Shown: positions 18,264 through 28,182, numbered from the stretch's first letter. The stretch is 64,000 nt of DNA from an uncultured Gemmatimonadales bacterium (GCA_964548275.1 CAZJQI010000016.1:3892-67891), one strand, 5' to 3'. Notes: a model not told the origin generated them from the sequence alone. Translations and numbers: made by a program.

Positions 18264-18908
18264 ATGAAAAAAGGAATCTTTGTCACGATAGAAGGGTGCG
18301 AGGGAACCGGCAAAACTACCCAGGCCAAACTTCTGGCGGATTACCTCACCACTCAGGGATACCAGGTGCTGGTTACCCGTGAGCCGGGTGGTACGGTGAT
18401 TGGTGAGAAAATCAGGAAAATTCTTCTTGACCGGAACCACCGGGAACTCGCCCCCCGCGTCGAACTCCTGCTTTACCTGGCAAGCCGTTCTCAATTAGTA
18501 AGCCAGGTGATCAAGCCAGTCCTCGAGGAGGGGAAGATCGTTATTTCCGACCGCTTTCATCATTCCTCTCTCGCCTATCAGGGAGGGGCAAGGGCTCTGA
18601 ATATGCTTCTGGTGCAGCAGATCAATGAATTCGCCACAGAAGGTGTCCTTCCAGATATAACCTTCCTTCTGGATTTACCGCCTGAGATTGGGATGGAAAG
18701 AAAGGGATCATATGATGAAGACAGGATGGAAGGGCAGGGCATCGAATTTCACCAGAAAGTCCGTCTAGCTTTTCTCTCTCTCGCCAGCCAGGAACCTGAA
18801 CGAATCGTTGTGCTCGACGCGGATCAGCCGGTGGAACAAATCTCCACTTCGATCAATAAGCACATGAAAGCCCTACTGGACAAACACTCTCCCGAGCGCA
18901 GTCGATAA
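18264..18908 (+). CDS. tmk: thymidylate kinase
   Basis: FVTIEGCEGTGKTTQ, TREPGGT, SDRF..SSLAYQG. Confidence 0.96.
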   Translation: MKKGIFVTIEGCEGTGKTTQAKLLADYLTTQGYQVLVTREPGGTVIGEKIRKILLDRNHRELAPRVELLLYLASRSQLVSQVIKPVLEEGKIVISDRFHHSSLAYQGGARALNMLLVQQINEFATEGVLPDITFLLDLPPEIGMERKGSYDEDRMEGQGIEFHQKVRLAFLSLASQEPERIVVLDADQPVEQISTSINKHMKALLDKHSPERSR

Positions 18909-18940
18909 TCCAATCTGATATCTTAACTTTTTGCTTCCCC

Positions 18941-21106
18941 CTAGCCCCGCACGCACCGCAGGACCTCCTCCATGGAAGTAATCCCCTTGGCCGCCTTTTC
19001 AAGACTGTCCCTGAAAATCGGCACCATCCCGTTCTTGAGCGCCTCTTTTTTGATCTCCTCGCTGGATGCGTTGCGCAGCACGGCCTCTTTGATCGCGTCG
19101 TTCATAGTGAGAATCTCATGCGAGCCGATTCTGCCCTTGTAGCCGGTGCCGTTGCAGGTTTCGCATCCTTTGGCCTTGAACAGCGTGGCTCCCTTGGCTA
19201 AATCCTCCAGCAGTTGAATCTCTTCCTCGCTGGGATTATAAGACTCCTTGCATTTCGGGCAAAGCCGCCGAAGGAGGCGTTGGGCGCAGACAAGAAGCAG
19301 AGAACTGGAAACGAGAAACGGCTGGATACCCATGTCGAGGAATCTGGTAACCGTGCCCGCAGCGTCGTTGGTATGCAGAGTGCTGAAAAGAAGGTGTCCG
19401 GTGAGCGAGGCCTCGATTGCGATTTCGGCGGTTTCCAGGTCCCGGATCTCACCCACCAGGATCACATCCGGGTCCTGGCGCAGATAGCAGCGAAGAGCGT
19501 TGGCAAAGGTCAACCCGATTTCTTTGCGCATCTGCATCTGGTTGATACCAAAAAGCATGTATTCCACCGGGTCTTCTGCTGTCTGGATGTTGATAGCCGG
19601 ATCGTTGATATGGTTGAGCGCTGCATAAAGGGTTGTGGTTTTACCGCTACCTGTAGGCCCTACATGAAGAATCATCCCGTAGGGGCTTTTGAGAAGTTTT
19701 TCATAGATCGCCAGGTTGTACCCGGAAAAACCCATCATCTCCAGTCCAACCGTTGTGCTGGATTTATCCAGGATACGCATCACCACCTTTTCGCCGAAAA
19801 CCATCGGACCCATGGCCACGCGTAGGTCGATATCGATCCCGGTACGGGTGAACTCCTTGAACTTGATCCGGCCGTCCTGGGGCAGGCGCCGCTCGGCTAT
19901 GTTCAGTCCGGCCATGATTTTGAGCCTGCTGATCAGGGCTTTGAGAGAATTTGGCGGAAGCTTGAGCGCTATCCGGCAGACCCCGTCCACCCGGTAACGT
20001 ACAAGCACCTCTTTTTCGAACGGCTCGACATGGATATCACTCGCACCGCGGGTATAAGCGTCCTCGATGATCCGGTTGGCGAGCTGCACGATCGGCGTGC
20101 TTTCCTCGTCCACATCCTCTCCAAACTCCAGCGACTCGACATTCTCACCGTACTCGCTGCCCACCAGGGCTGCTACCTCGTCGATATCAGTCGAATCAGT
20201 CTTGAAAAAGCTTTCTATCACCTTTTTAATCCGGCTTTCGGCCGACACGACTATTTTGGCTGCCTCAAGCTTGGTTGCCCAGCGGAAACTGTCTATGCGG
20301 TCGAAATCAACCGGGTTGGAGATGGCAATTTCAACCGACTGGGTGCCGACTTTTTTAATCGGCAGAATTAAAAACTTTTTCAGGTTCTTTTCACCCACCA
20401 GGTTCATCAGTTTCTCATCCGCAACGAAATCCTCAGCGATATCGTAATAATCGTGGTCTGTGAGCCGGCTCAGGTAATAGGCCAGCTCGGCATCGGTCAT
20501 TTTTACATCCGGCTGATGGACTTTCTGGATGATCTTTGCCGAGTAGTCGGAAACTTCCTCGAGAAGCTGACGGTCCTTTTCGGTGAACAGCTCGGGGCTG
20601 CCCGGAGGATTTTTGTTTATTATCTGAATTGCGCCAATTACCTCATCGGTCACCAGTGGCACGGTGATCATACTCTTGGTCTGGAAGCTGGTTTCCTCGT
20701 CAACTCCGCTGAAAAAGTTGGGATCGTTCTGGGTGTCCAGGGAGATATAGGTATCGCTGCTTTCGATTACCTTGCCCACTATTCCCTGACCCCTTTTCAG
20801 AGTAATATTGCGCAGGCGTTCGACCTTTTTCTGGTAGGCTTCTTTCAGTTTGTCGCTGTTCTTGTATAGTTCCTCGCTGAAATAGGCGTGGGTAAAATGG
20901 ATCAGGTTGTCCCCGCCCACCGAATAAATCGTGATCGCCTGCGCCTGCACCAGCTCGACAAGTTTCTGAAAAGTGATTTTGAGAACGGTCTCCAGGTCCT
21001 TTTTTGTTATTTCTCGCTTGGACACGAGAATCTTGAGCAGATTGTTCAGAACCTGCTTTTCATCAGCCGTGCTTTTTAGTTTCTTCTCAGCGGCGGCTTT
21101 GCTCAT
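18941..21106 (-). CDS. GAF-domain-fused PilB/GspE-family secretion ATPase
   Basis: N-terminal GAF (GQGIVGKV..D.NF..GVD..TSFQTKSMITVPL...IGAIQIINK). ATPase motifs ASDIHVEP, ERRLPQDG, GPTGSGKTTTLY, TAEDPVE, LRQDPDVILVGEIRD, GHL..STLHTN and CPKC/CETC. Confidence 0.92.
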   Translation of the reverse strand: MSKAAAEKKLKSTADEKQVLNNLLKILVSKREITKKDLETVLKITFQKLVELVQAQAITIYSVGGDNLIHFTHAYFSEELYKNSDKLKEAYQKKVERLRNITLKRGQGIVGKVIESSDTYISLDTQNDPNFFSGVDEETSFQTKSMITVPLVTDEVIGAIQIINKNPPGSPELFTEKDRQLLEEVSDYSAKIIQKVHQPDVKMTDAELAYYLSRLTDHDYYDIAEDFVADEKLMNLVGEKNLKKFLILPIKKVGTQSVEIAISNPVDFDRIDSFRWATKLEAAKIVVSAESRIKKVIESFFKTDSTDIDEVAALVGSEYGENVESLEFGEDVDEESTPIVQLANRIIEDAYTRGASDIHVEPFEKEVLVRYRVDGVCRIALKLPPNSLKALISRLKIMAGLNIAERRLPQDGRIKFKEFTRTGIDIDLRVAMGPMVFGEKVVMRILDKSSTTVGLEMMGFSGYNLAIYEKLLKSPYGMILHVGPTGSGKTTTLYAALNHINDPAINIQTAEDPVEYMLFGINQMQMRKEIGLTFANALRCYLRQDPDVILVGEIRDLETAEIAIEASLTGHLLFSTLHTNDAAGTVTRFLDMGIQPFLVSSSLLLVCAQRLLRRLCPKCKESYNPSEEEIQLLEDLAKGATLFKAKGCETCNGTGYKGRIGSHEILTMNDAIKEAVLRNASSEEIKKEALKNGMVPIFRDSLEKAAKGITSMEEVLRCVRG

Positions 21107-21269
21107 TTAAACCTCGTGTTTTTAGGAATGTTACCGAGTGGAAAAATTTTCTTTTATTATTATAATATAAGCATCCGCCTGACAGGTGACAAGACGTTAT
21201 TTCCATTTTAGAGAAGCTTATTGGCTTGTTGATAATAATAAAATTCATGCCAGAACTTGTTTTTCCTTA

Positions 21270-21285
21270 TGGCATGAAGATTGCA
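21270..21285 (+). promoter_or_regulatory. sigma54 promoter
   Basis: TGGCAT-GAAGA-TTGCA, a near-perfect -24/-12 with GG-N10-GC. The -24 half is mirrored by TTCATGCCA at 21244-21252. Confidence 0.75.
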
Positions 21286-21328
21286 TTTCTTGTTAAAAAC
21301 AACTGAAACTCTATCATAGGAGATTAAA

Positions 21329-21484
21329 ATGCCGCTAGATCCTGAAATCGTGCTAAGCTGCGTCCACCTATATTCGATGATCGGTGAGCGGAAAAAGTCG
21401 CGGTTCTACGACAGGTTGTTTGTCCACATGATGAAACGCTCGATCAGAAACTCACGGCTTGACAGCCAGAGCCCTTTAGAATAA
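21329..21484 (+). CDS. small 51-aa protein absent from the ORF track
   Basis: AGGAG RBS 6 nt before the ATG, directly after the sigma54 site. Translation MPLDPEIVLSCVHLYSMIGERKKSRFYDRLFVHMMKRSIRNSRLDSQSPLE. Confidence 0.6.
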   Translation: MPLDPEIVLSCVHLYSMIGERKKSRFYDRLFVHMMKRSIRNSRLDSQSPLE

Positions 21485-21571
21485 AATATTTGTTGAAGCT
21501 ATAAGTAAATATTTGAAAAATAAACAAATTGTAGCGATTATCTTTCCTGGTTCTGGCGATTTTCCGAGGCG

Positions 21572-24151
21572 ATGTTACCAGAATATCTCAAATATTGGGG
21601 CCTGTCCAAACCGCCGTTTTCACTGACTCCCGACCCTGATATGCTCTATATGAGCAAGTATCATCAGGAGGGGCTCATTCGCCTGAAATACGCTGTGGTC
21701 TCCAACAAAGGGGGAGCACTGCTGGTCAGTGAACATGCTGGTGACGGCAAGACAAGCCTGCTGGCAAGGCTGCGCCGGGAATTGGACCACCAGTATCAGG
21801 GAAATTGCAGGACGGTTTTCATCGACCATCCCACCCTGACCGCTAACCAAATGATAGGCGAGATCACCCGCCAGTTCGGAATGCGTTCGAACACCACTGA
21901 TAAGCTCACTTTGCTCAACGATCTGCGCCGCTTTCTGCTTGAAAGCCACGGCAGGAATGAAAAGTGCGTGGTAATGCTTGATGAAGGGCAGATGCTCTGT
22001 AACCGCCCGGACCTGTTGCAGGAACTTCGGATACTACTGAATTTCTGTGTTTCTGACGCTTTCCTGATTACTTTCATCTTTTCCGGACAGAAGCCGCTGG
22101 ATGAGGCGATTCGCGCCATGCCGGAATTTTACCAGCGCCTGCCGGTACGTTTTTTCCTGCGAAACCTGAATCTCGACGATACCCGAGAACTGATCCGATA
22201 CCGGCTGCACATGGCCGGGAATTCGCCCGACAGAGAGATGTTCAGCGAGGATGGCTATTCCGGTATCTACAATTTTTCCGAGGGCTGTCCGCGTATAATC
22301 TGCTCAGTAGCCGACCTGGCGCTGGTCATCGCCCACAGCCGTTTTTCTTCCCAGGTGGATTTCGTCTCAGTGAGCCATGCCTGCAGCGACATGAACCGCA
22401 CGGACGGAGCTTACCACTATTTCCATTTTCTCAAAAGTTTCAATGCGGATCAGGAGCTTGCCCCCGATCAAGTCTCTGCAAAAGAGGCTGCCCTGAGCTG
22501 TCCCGGTTGCGGAGGGGGTGTTCTGGCTAAGGCCAAATTCTGCCAGCATTGTGGAATGAACCTTGTTGATTCAAAGACCGTGAGTGCAGAGCAAGCCCCG
22601 GAACCCAGCGAACCGGCCCAGGCTGAAACGCCTGTCCAAAAGGCGGAGTCAAGTGCGCCGGTACAGTTAGAGGAAGCATCGGAGAAAGAGACGGAGGAGA
22701 CACTGGAACTACAGCAGCGGGCATCGGAGAGTCTAGTTGAGCATCTCCCACCCTCAGCCAGCGGTAAGCCGGCACCACCTGAGGCTGATCAATCCCCGGA
22801 GCCAAAAGCAGGCGAGGAGTCGGTTGAAAAGATCGAGCAAGCCCCGGAAGCCGGGTTTCAAGCGAAAGAGAGCGTAAAAATCTGCCCGGATTGCGGCGGA
22901 GGTGTTCCAGAGAATGCAAAGTTCTGCCAGCATTGCGGCACTAATCTGGTCGCCTCGGAAAGCGCGGCTTTCGAAGAGATTGTCATGAAAGGCGACCAAG
23001 ACCAGGCAGAAAAAGCCCCAGCCCCAGAAGAAATACGCCCGTCAGAGGAACCTGCTGAATCAGTGACTGAGGCGGGAGAAAAATCAACAACACTGGAAGA
23101 AAAGGCTGCCTCCGGTCAGGTTTCTCCGGATAACCGGTCTTTGAAATTCATGCTTGAATCAGAAGAGCCGCCTCAGGATGCTGAAGAGGATATGCCAGGG
23201 GATCAGGAGGAGTTTGAAGCAGCTGGGGCAGAGCGGCCAGCAGAGGAAACGAAAGAAGTCCGGGATAAAGAGCCTGGCGAGGAGGAGCTTGTCGCGGCCC
23301 CGGAAGAGAAGCCCTCGGAGGAGCCTGAAGAATCGCAAACAGCTGAAGAGCCTGAACTGGGAGAGGCGGAAGAGATTGAGAAATCCCCAGAGCCTCAGCC
23401 TGAAATGATCAAGTGCTCGTTTTGCGGGCTTGATTTAAGCGCCGAAATTCTTGAATGCCCCAATTGCGGCGAAAAATTGCAGAAGTCGGATGAAGAGGAA
23501 CCTCCCCAAGAGGAGGGAATTATCTCTCTGGCCACAACTCCGCAAGCAGGCCAGCCGGAAGAAGTTGCCGCAGGCGGAGTGATCGAGGCTAACGGCTCTG
23601 CTGGAAAAGAAGAAGAAAAAATACAGGGGGAGCCCTCTCTGGAGCAGAATTTGCTCAGGGAAGTGGAGGAACTCGATCTTTACAAGTTTATCCTGAGCGA
23701 AAGCTACCTTCAGGATCGCCGAGTGCCTGATCCGCTTGATGAGGAACTTCTTGTTTTCCCGCTGCGCCGGTTCTGTGGCCAGACCCCGGTTGTAAAGTTT
23801 ACGGATGGAGACCGGCAGGAATCTTTTACCACCCGCTGCGGGCTGGTATTTACCGGTTCGAGTCTCCGTTTCATTTTTAGCAATGGTCTGAGAGAAATAA
23901 GTTACCGGATCATCGAAAAGGTGGATGTAGAGGAGCTAGCTAAAAACGATAAAGCATTGCTTTATCAGCTTATCCTCTCCACATCAACCGGGAGTTACCA
24001 GATCACGCTGCCTTTCAAGGCCTCTGTTGCCAAGCGGCTGGGGGAAACACTCCAGCGTTATCTGGCCGAAAAAGTAGGGGGCCTGGCCGGCGCTGCCGAA
24101 ACCTCTGGTGTAAACAGCAACAAAGAAGAAAGGGAAGAGGATGCCGGTTGA
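21572..24151 (+). CDS. ExeA/GspA-like AAA ATPase with three zinc ribbons, long acidic linkers and a C-terminal globular (PH-like?) domain
   Basis: YWGLSKPPFSLTPDP, Walker A HAGDGKTS, MLDEGQ, FSGQ..L, SEGCPRII. Three CxxC-x10-CxxC ribbons in a Glu/Pro-rich region. Confidence 0.9.
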   Translation: MLPEYLKYWGLSKPPFSLTPDPDMLYMSKYHQEGLIRLKYAVVSNKGGALLVSEHAGDGKTSLLARLRRELDHQYQGNCRTVFIDHPTLTANQMIGEITRQFGMRSNTTDKLTLLNDLRRFLLESHGRNEKCVVMLDEGQMLCNRPDLLQELRILLNFCVSDAFLITFIFSGQKPLDEAIRAMPEFYQRLPVRFFLRNLNLDDTRELIRYRLHMAGNSPDREMFSEDGYSGIYNFSEGCPRIICSVADLALVIAHSRFSSQVDFVSVSHACSDMNRTDGAYHYFHFLKSFNADQELAPDQVSAKEAALSCPGCGGGVLAKAKFCQHCGMNLVDSKTVSAEQAPEPSEPAQAETPVQKAESSAPVQLEEASEKETEETLELQQRASESLVEHLPPSASGKPAPPEADQSPEPKAGEESVEKIEQAPEAGFQAKESVKICPDCGGGVPENAKFCQHCGTNLVASESAAFEEIVMKGDQDQAEKAPAPEEIRPSEEPAESVTEAGEKSTTLEEKAASGQVSPDNRSLKFMLESEEPPQDAEEDMPGDQEEFEAAGAERPAEETKEVRDKEPGEEELVAAPEEKPSEEPEESQTAEEPELGEAEEIEKSPEPQPEMIKCSFCGLDLSAEILECPNCGEKLQKSDEEEPPQEEGIISLATTPQAGQPEEVAAGGVIEANGSAGKEEEKIQGEPSLEQNLLREVEELDLYKFILSESYLQDRRVPDPLDEELLVFPLRRFCGQTPVVKFTDGDRQESFTTRCGLVFTGSSLRFIFSNGLREISYRIIEKVDVEELAKNDKALLYQLILSTSTGSYQITLPFKASVAKRLGETLQRYLAEKVGGLAGAAETSGVNSNKEEREEDAG

Positions 24152-24782
24152 TGACGTGCAGGTAAATGTGCTGACCGCTATTGTTGTTCTTTTGCTGTTC
24201 GGCTATATCTGGCTTCGCAGAATCCAGTATAAAAACAAGCTGGAACGGCAGCGGAAACTTCGCTGCAAGGACTTGATCCTGGATAACCGGCTGAAACTCG
24301 CCAATGCCGGGGTCGATTTCGATAGGCTTGTCGACCTGGTCAAACAGAAAATCCTTCCCGAACATCTCGAGGCGGTAATCGGCATACTCACCGCGCAACC
24401 GGTGTTCTATAATATTGATGATCCGGATGACCCCGAAAGCCTGGGAATCGATCTCGATTTTGACAGTGAGCCTGCTTCCTCCAAGAAAACCGCAACTGAT
24501 TTGGCTGAAGAGGAAGAAAAGCAGCCTGAGGTATTCGAAAAAATGGGGCCGGAACAGGAGAAAAAGTGGATGCGCGTAGCCCACAATCGTTTCAGGCGTG
24601 CTGTGTGTGAAAGAGAAATCACCGAGCGGCAAGCTAAGCTCAGGTTGCTGGTCAAAATGGTCGAATTGGGTAAAAAAGCGGTGGAAGAAAACCCGGAGAA
24701 AGATGTTGCCCGCAGGGAATACGAACTTTCCCTTTGGGACCGTTTCTACGAAAACGAATATCTGGATTTGCAATCCGAATAA
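24141..24782 (+). CDS. hypothetical single-pass membrane protein
   Basis: N-terminal TM helix, overlaps the exeA-like stop by 11 nt, followed by helical and acidic segments. Confidence 0.7.
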   Translation: MPVDDVQVNVLTAIVVLLLFGYIWLRRIQYKNKLERQRKLRCKDLILDNRLKLANAGVDFDRLVDLVKQKILPEHLEAVIGILTAQPVFYNIDDPDDPESLGIDLDFDSEPASSKKTATDLAEEEEKQPEVFEKMGPEQEKKWMRVAHNRFRRAVCEREITERQAKLRLLVKMVELGKKAVEENPEKDVARREYELSLWDRFYENEYLDLQSE

Positions 24783-24798
24783 GGAATGAAGGCTGATA

Positions 24799-26679
24799 AT
24801 GGAAACCGGTGTGAAAAAATGGGGTAAATTCCTGCTGATCCCGTTGCTTATGGCCATGATCCTGGTTCTCCAGGAACAGCTTCCAGCCGGCAGCCGGCTC
24901 GGAAGGGTTACCGGTGTGATGGACGAGGTGGTGGCTGTCAACCTGGGCAGGATTCATGGCGTAAGGCAGGGTTTGCGGGGCAGGATATTCAAGTTTGATG
25001 AAGAAAAGAAAACGGTAAATGTCGCTGAAATACAAGTTATCGGTGTGTCTGAAAAAAGCTGCCTTGCCCGGATAACCGTACTGACGGACAGCCTTGAGGT
25101 CGACCAGTACGTCGATATCGAGGGTACGCTGAGTCCACATACCTTGGAAAAGATAGATGTCATAAGCGAACTGGAGGAAAACGCCAGAAATTACTTTGCC
25201 ATCTACCAGTACACTGAACCGGACAGCGCAAACTGTCTGGCTGAATGCCGGGAAATTCTTCAACGTGACCCCGATAACCGCCTGGCGAAAGAACTGATAA
25301 AGCAGATGGTGCGCAACTACTTTGGTTGGGCGGAAAGGGAATGGGACAACGGCAACTTTGCTTTTGCCCTGATTTACTACTTCCGGATCCTGCGCATCGA
25401 TGATAGAGACGAAAGGGTGTATGAAAACGTCTGGGAACTGTTTGATCTGATAGATGTCGAGTCGGAAATACCTCTTGAGCCGATCACCGGGGGAAGGCCT
25501 CCCGATTACTACTATACAATTGCAGAGCAGTATTACATGAATGGCCAGTTCGAGAAATCCAAGGCATACTTCAACTTCCTCCTTGAGAATTTCGTCCCAG
25601 ACGACCCGGCCGTTCTCGAGGGAGTCAAAAAAAATGACCGGATGCTTGCTCTGCTTGATCACCTGCGCCAGTTCCGTATAGAACAGACTAGGAGAGCGGC
25701 CCAAGAACAGCAGGAAAGGCTTGATGAGGAACAGGAACGCCGAAAAAAACTCGAACAGATCCGCTTTTTCAGAACAGTGGCCGAGGATCTGTTTAATAAA
25801 AAGGATTATACAGGAGCTCTGGTTTATTATCTCAAGCTGCTGGATCTGGTGCCGGATGATTCTCTGGCTCTGGCTCGGCGCGAATTTATTTCCTACGCCG
25901 ATATGATTTTGATTCCGGAAGGTGAATTCAGCCGAGGCAGCAGCAACAGGGAAATCGGCGAGGTCAGGGTGGATTTCGGAGGTAACAATATGCTTTTCCG
26001 CGAACTTCCCAAGAACTGGGTTTACCTGGATTCCTTTTATATCGACCGCTGTGAGGTAACCAACCGCCAGTACAAGCATTTCTGCGAAAGTACCGGGCAC
26101 AGCCCCACGCTCCAATGGCAGAACGGCACATACCCCGAGGGGTATGACGGTTACCCGGTGGTCTATGTGAGTTGGCTGGATGCTAATGCCTATGCCCGCT
26201 GGATCGGCAAGCGCCTGGCTACCGAGGAGGAGTGGGAAAAAGCTGCCCGTGGATCCAATGGCTACCAGTGGCCCTGGGGTGACCGTTTCTATCCCCACCG
26301 CGCAAATATCAAGGAGAACAGGAAAAATAACCCCATGCCGGTCGGGAGTTTCCCGAATGGGGCGAATGAGTTCGGCGTGCTGGACCTTGCAGGAAACGTC
26401 TGGGAATGGGTCGGCACTAACCTGAGACCCTATCCGGGCTATGATGAGGACCTGTTTTATTTCCCGAAAGGATATAGGAAAGTTTTCCGCGGCGGCTCTT
26501 TCAAGGAAACCGGGGATTATGCCCGGGGTGCTTTCCGTGGGGATGGTGCCGTGGATCAGATATATTACAACGTGGGTTTTCGCTGCGCCAATGATGTTCC
26601 CGGCCGGCGGGAAAACCTTGTTATTAAAAATATAAATCCGGAGGGAACCCTCAAACACACTTCAGTTTATAATAAATAG
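24799..26679 (+). CDS. exported FlgT-C-like/TPR/FGE-sulfatase(SUMF1)-domain protein
   Basis: N-terminal hydrophobic segment, VAVNLGRIHGVRQG..AEIQVIGVSEKSCLARI barrel and TPR-like helices. FGE motifs EVTNRQY, YPVVYVSWLDANAYARW.GKRLATEEEWEKAARG, DLAGNVWEWV and GFRC. Confidence 0.85.
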   Translation: METGVKKWGKFLLIPLLMAMILVLQEQLPAGSRLGRVTGVMDEVVAVNLGRIHGVRQGLRGRIFKFDEEKKTVNVAEIQVIGVSEKSCLARITVLTDSLEVDQYVDIEGTLSPHTLEKIDVISELEENARNYFAIYQYTEPDSANCLAECREILQRDPDNRLAKELIKQMVRNYFGWAEREWDNGNFAFALIYYFRILRIDDRDERVYENVWELFDLIDVESEIPLEPITGGRPPDYYYTIAEQYYMNGQFEKSKAYFNFLLENFVPDDPAVLEGVKKNDRMLALLDHLRQFRIEQTRRAAQEQQERLDEEQERRKKLEQIRFFRTVAEDLFNKKDYTGALVYYLKLLDLVPDDSLALARREFISYADMILIPEGEFSRGSSNREIGEVRVDFGGNNMLFRELPKNWVYLDSFYIDRCEVTNRQYKHFCESTGHSPTLQWQNGTYPEGYDGYPVVYVSWLDANAYARWIGKRLATEEEWEKAARGSNGYQWPWGDRFYPHRANIKENRKNNPMPVGSFPNGANEFGVLDLAGNVWEWVGTNLRPYPGYDEDLFYFPKGYRKVFRGGSFKETGDYARGAFRGDGAVDQIYYNVGFRCANDVPGRRENLVIKNINPEGTLKHTSVYNK

Positions 26680-26989
26680 CCCTGGCTTAAATCAATATCG
26701 ACAACGCCTGGAACCTCACAAAGGTATTTTATTCAAACAAATCGAAATACAGGCCGTTAGGCAGGCATATCAGTTGTTTTTTCCCCGGCTTTTAATTATT
26801 CTGATTTGATTTGAATAAATTAGATATCTTCCGATAGATTCCTTTCCAGTTCCGAATGTGAAAGTTATCTTGGCTGGAAAATATCTCCAGGCTCATTTTT
26901 CAAGCGGATTCAACCTCAAGGTTGATTTACTGGTTACCGTGGCCGGGTTTTAGTTTTCCCACAATGATTCAAGGATATTTGCTGAGGCT

Positions 26990-28162
26990 ATGCACTGTCG
27001 TCCCCCTTTTACCAGAGTTTTCTCCTCTATAGTCTTTTCCCTTCTTTTTCTTGCATTTTCTCATCCAGCACATGGAGATACCTTCCTCAGTAGTACGATC
27101 AATGAACTTATCTGGCTGAATTATTCAGGAAGGTCCACCGAAAGTTTTGAGCGGGTCGGGTCTCTTCTGAGTAGTGAATCCGACAATTACGGTGCTTATC
27201 TTATTAGAGCCAACTGTTACGGCTGGTTTATCGCTCGCAATCCGGGGAACCGGAGGTACGACAGCCCTCTCCAGGAATCGCTGGAAGCCTGTATTGATAT
27301 CGCCAGGAGGATTGACTCGGATTCACCAGAGTACGGCCGTGCGCTTTATTTCAAGGCCCTTGCCCGGGTGCTTATTGCCAAGTTCAAAGCAATCCGGGGA
27401 TATGACTTCTCTGCCCGCTGGTCAACCCGCGGGGCCAAGGATGCTGCCGAGGAGCTTTTCGAGCGATACCCGGATGAAATCGACGCGGCCCTTCCGCTGG
27501 CGATATTCGACGCAACCTGGGGCGGAAGCCCGCTGTGGCAGAGGGTGGCCCAGTTCGCATTATTGCTCCCTCGCGGCCAGCGCCAGAGGGGAATCCAGAT
27601 GCTGGAGAGAATATCTACCGAAGGCGATGACAGCAGTCTCTGGGCAAGTCTCGTTCTACTGGATGTCTATAGAAGAAACCCCGGCGCTTTAGAAAAGGCG
27701 CTCCAAACCGCTGAACGTCTGCATAACCTGTTCCCTGACAACTCAGTAATCCAGATCGAACTGGGAGAGTGCTACCGTGGAATGGGACGCTGGGTGCTGG
27801 CCGAGGCAGTTTACCGCAGCATTATCGCCAAAGTTGCAAGCCGCCTGCCAGGCTATGATGAGGTTATTTTCGAAATCAGCCGCCTGCACGCAGTAGAATG
27901 CCAGGTGAACCTGGGAAAAATGGATGAAGCTTTCGACGGGATGAGGGGAATTTTGGTCTCCAACCCGATCAACCCGGAATGGGTCGTGCCGTGGGCCCAT
28001 TTTTACGCCGCGCGGATTTATCGGCATCGCAGGCAACCGAAAAGGGCGGAGCGTGCCCTGAAATATGCCCTGGAGGGAAAGGATTACGCAAACCTTCACG
28101 ATACTGCAAAAAAAGAACTCGAGGTGGTAAAAAAGATCATGAAGGAGGAAACAGAGCAGTAA
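26990..28162 (+). CDS. exported TPR-like protein
   Basis: Signal peptide ending in AHG, then all-helical TPR-like repeats (LGECYRGMGRWVLAEAVYR). Confidence 0.75.
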   Translation: MHCRPPFTRVFSSIVFSLLFLAFSHPAHGDTFLSSTINELIWLNYSGRSTESFERVGSLLSSESDNYGAYLIRANCYGWFIARNPGNRRYDSPLQESLEACIDIARRIDSDSPEYGRALYFKALARVLIAKFKAIRGYDFSARWSTRGAKDAAEELFERYPDEIDAALPLAIFDATWGGSPLWQRVAQFALLLPRGQRQRGIQMLERISTEGDDSSLWASLVLLDVYRRNPGALEKALQTAERLHNLFPDNSVIQIELGECYRGMGRWVLAEAVYRSIIAKVASRLPGYDEVIFEISRLHAVECQVNLGKMDEAFDGMRGILVSNPINPEWVVPWAHFYAARIYRHRRQPKRAERALKYALEGKDYANLHDTAKKELEVVKKIMKEETEQ

Positions 28163-28182
28163 CCTTTCCGCCTGCATAAGCT

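Noticed and set aside
25890-26590. Active formylglycine-generating enzyme or true GldK/GldJ orthologue
   Set aside because: It lacks the catalytic cysteine pair after RGGS and has no lipoprotein signal. Only the fold is supported
24652-26658. 668-aa minus-strand ORF and other long antisense ORFs (e.g. 2907-3839, 24015-24941, 35741-37048, 37799-38767)
   Set aside because: They are shadows of well-supported genes on the opposite strand and have no recognisable motifs
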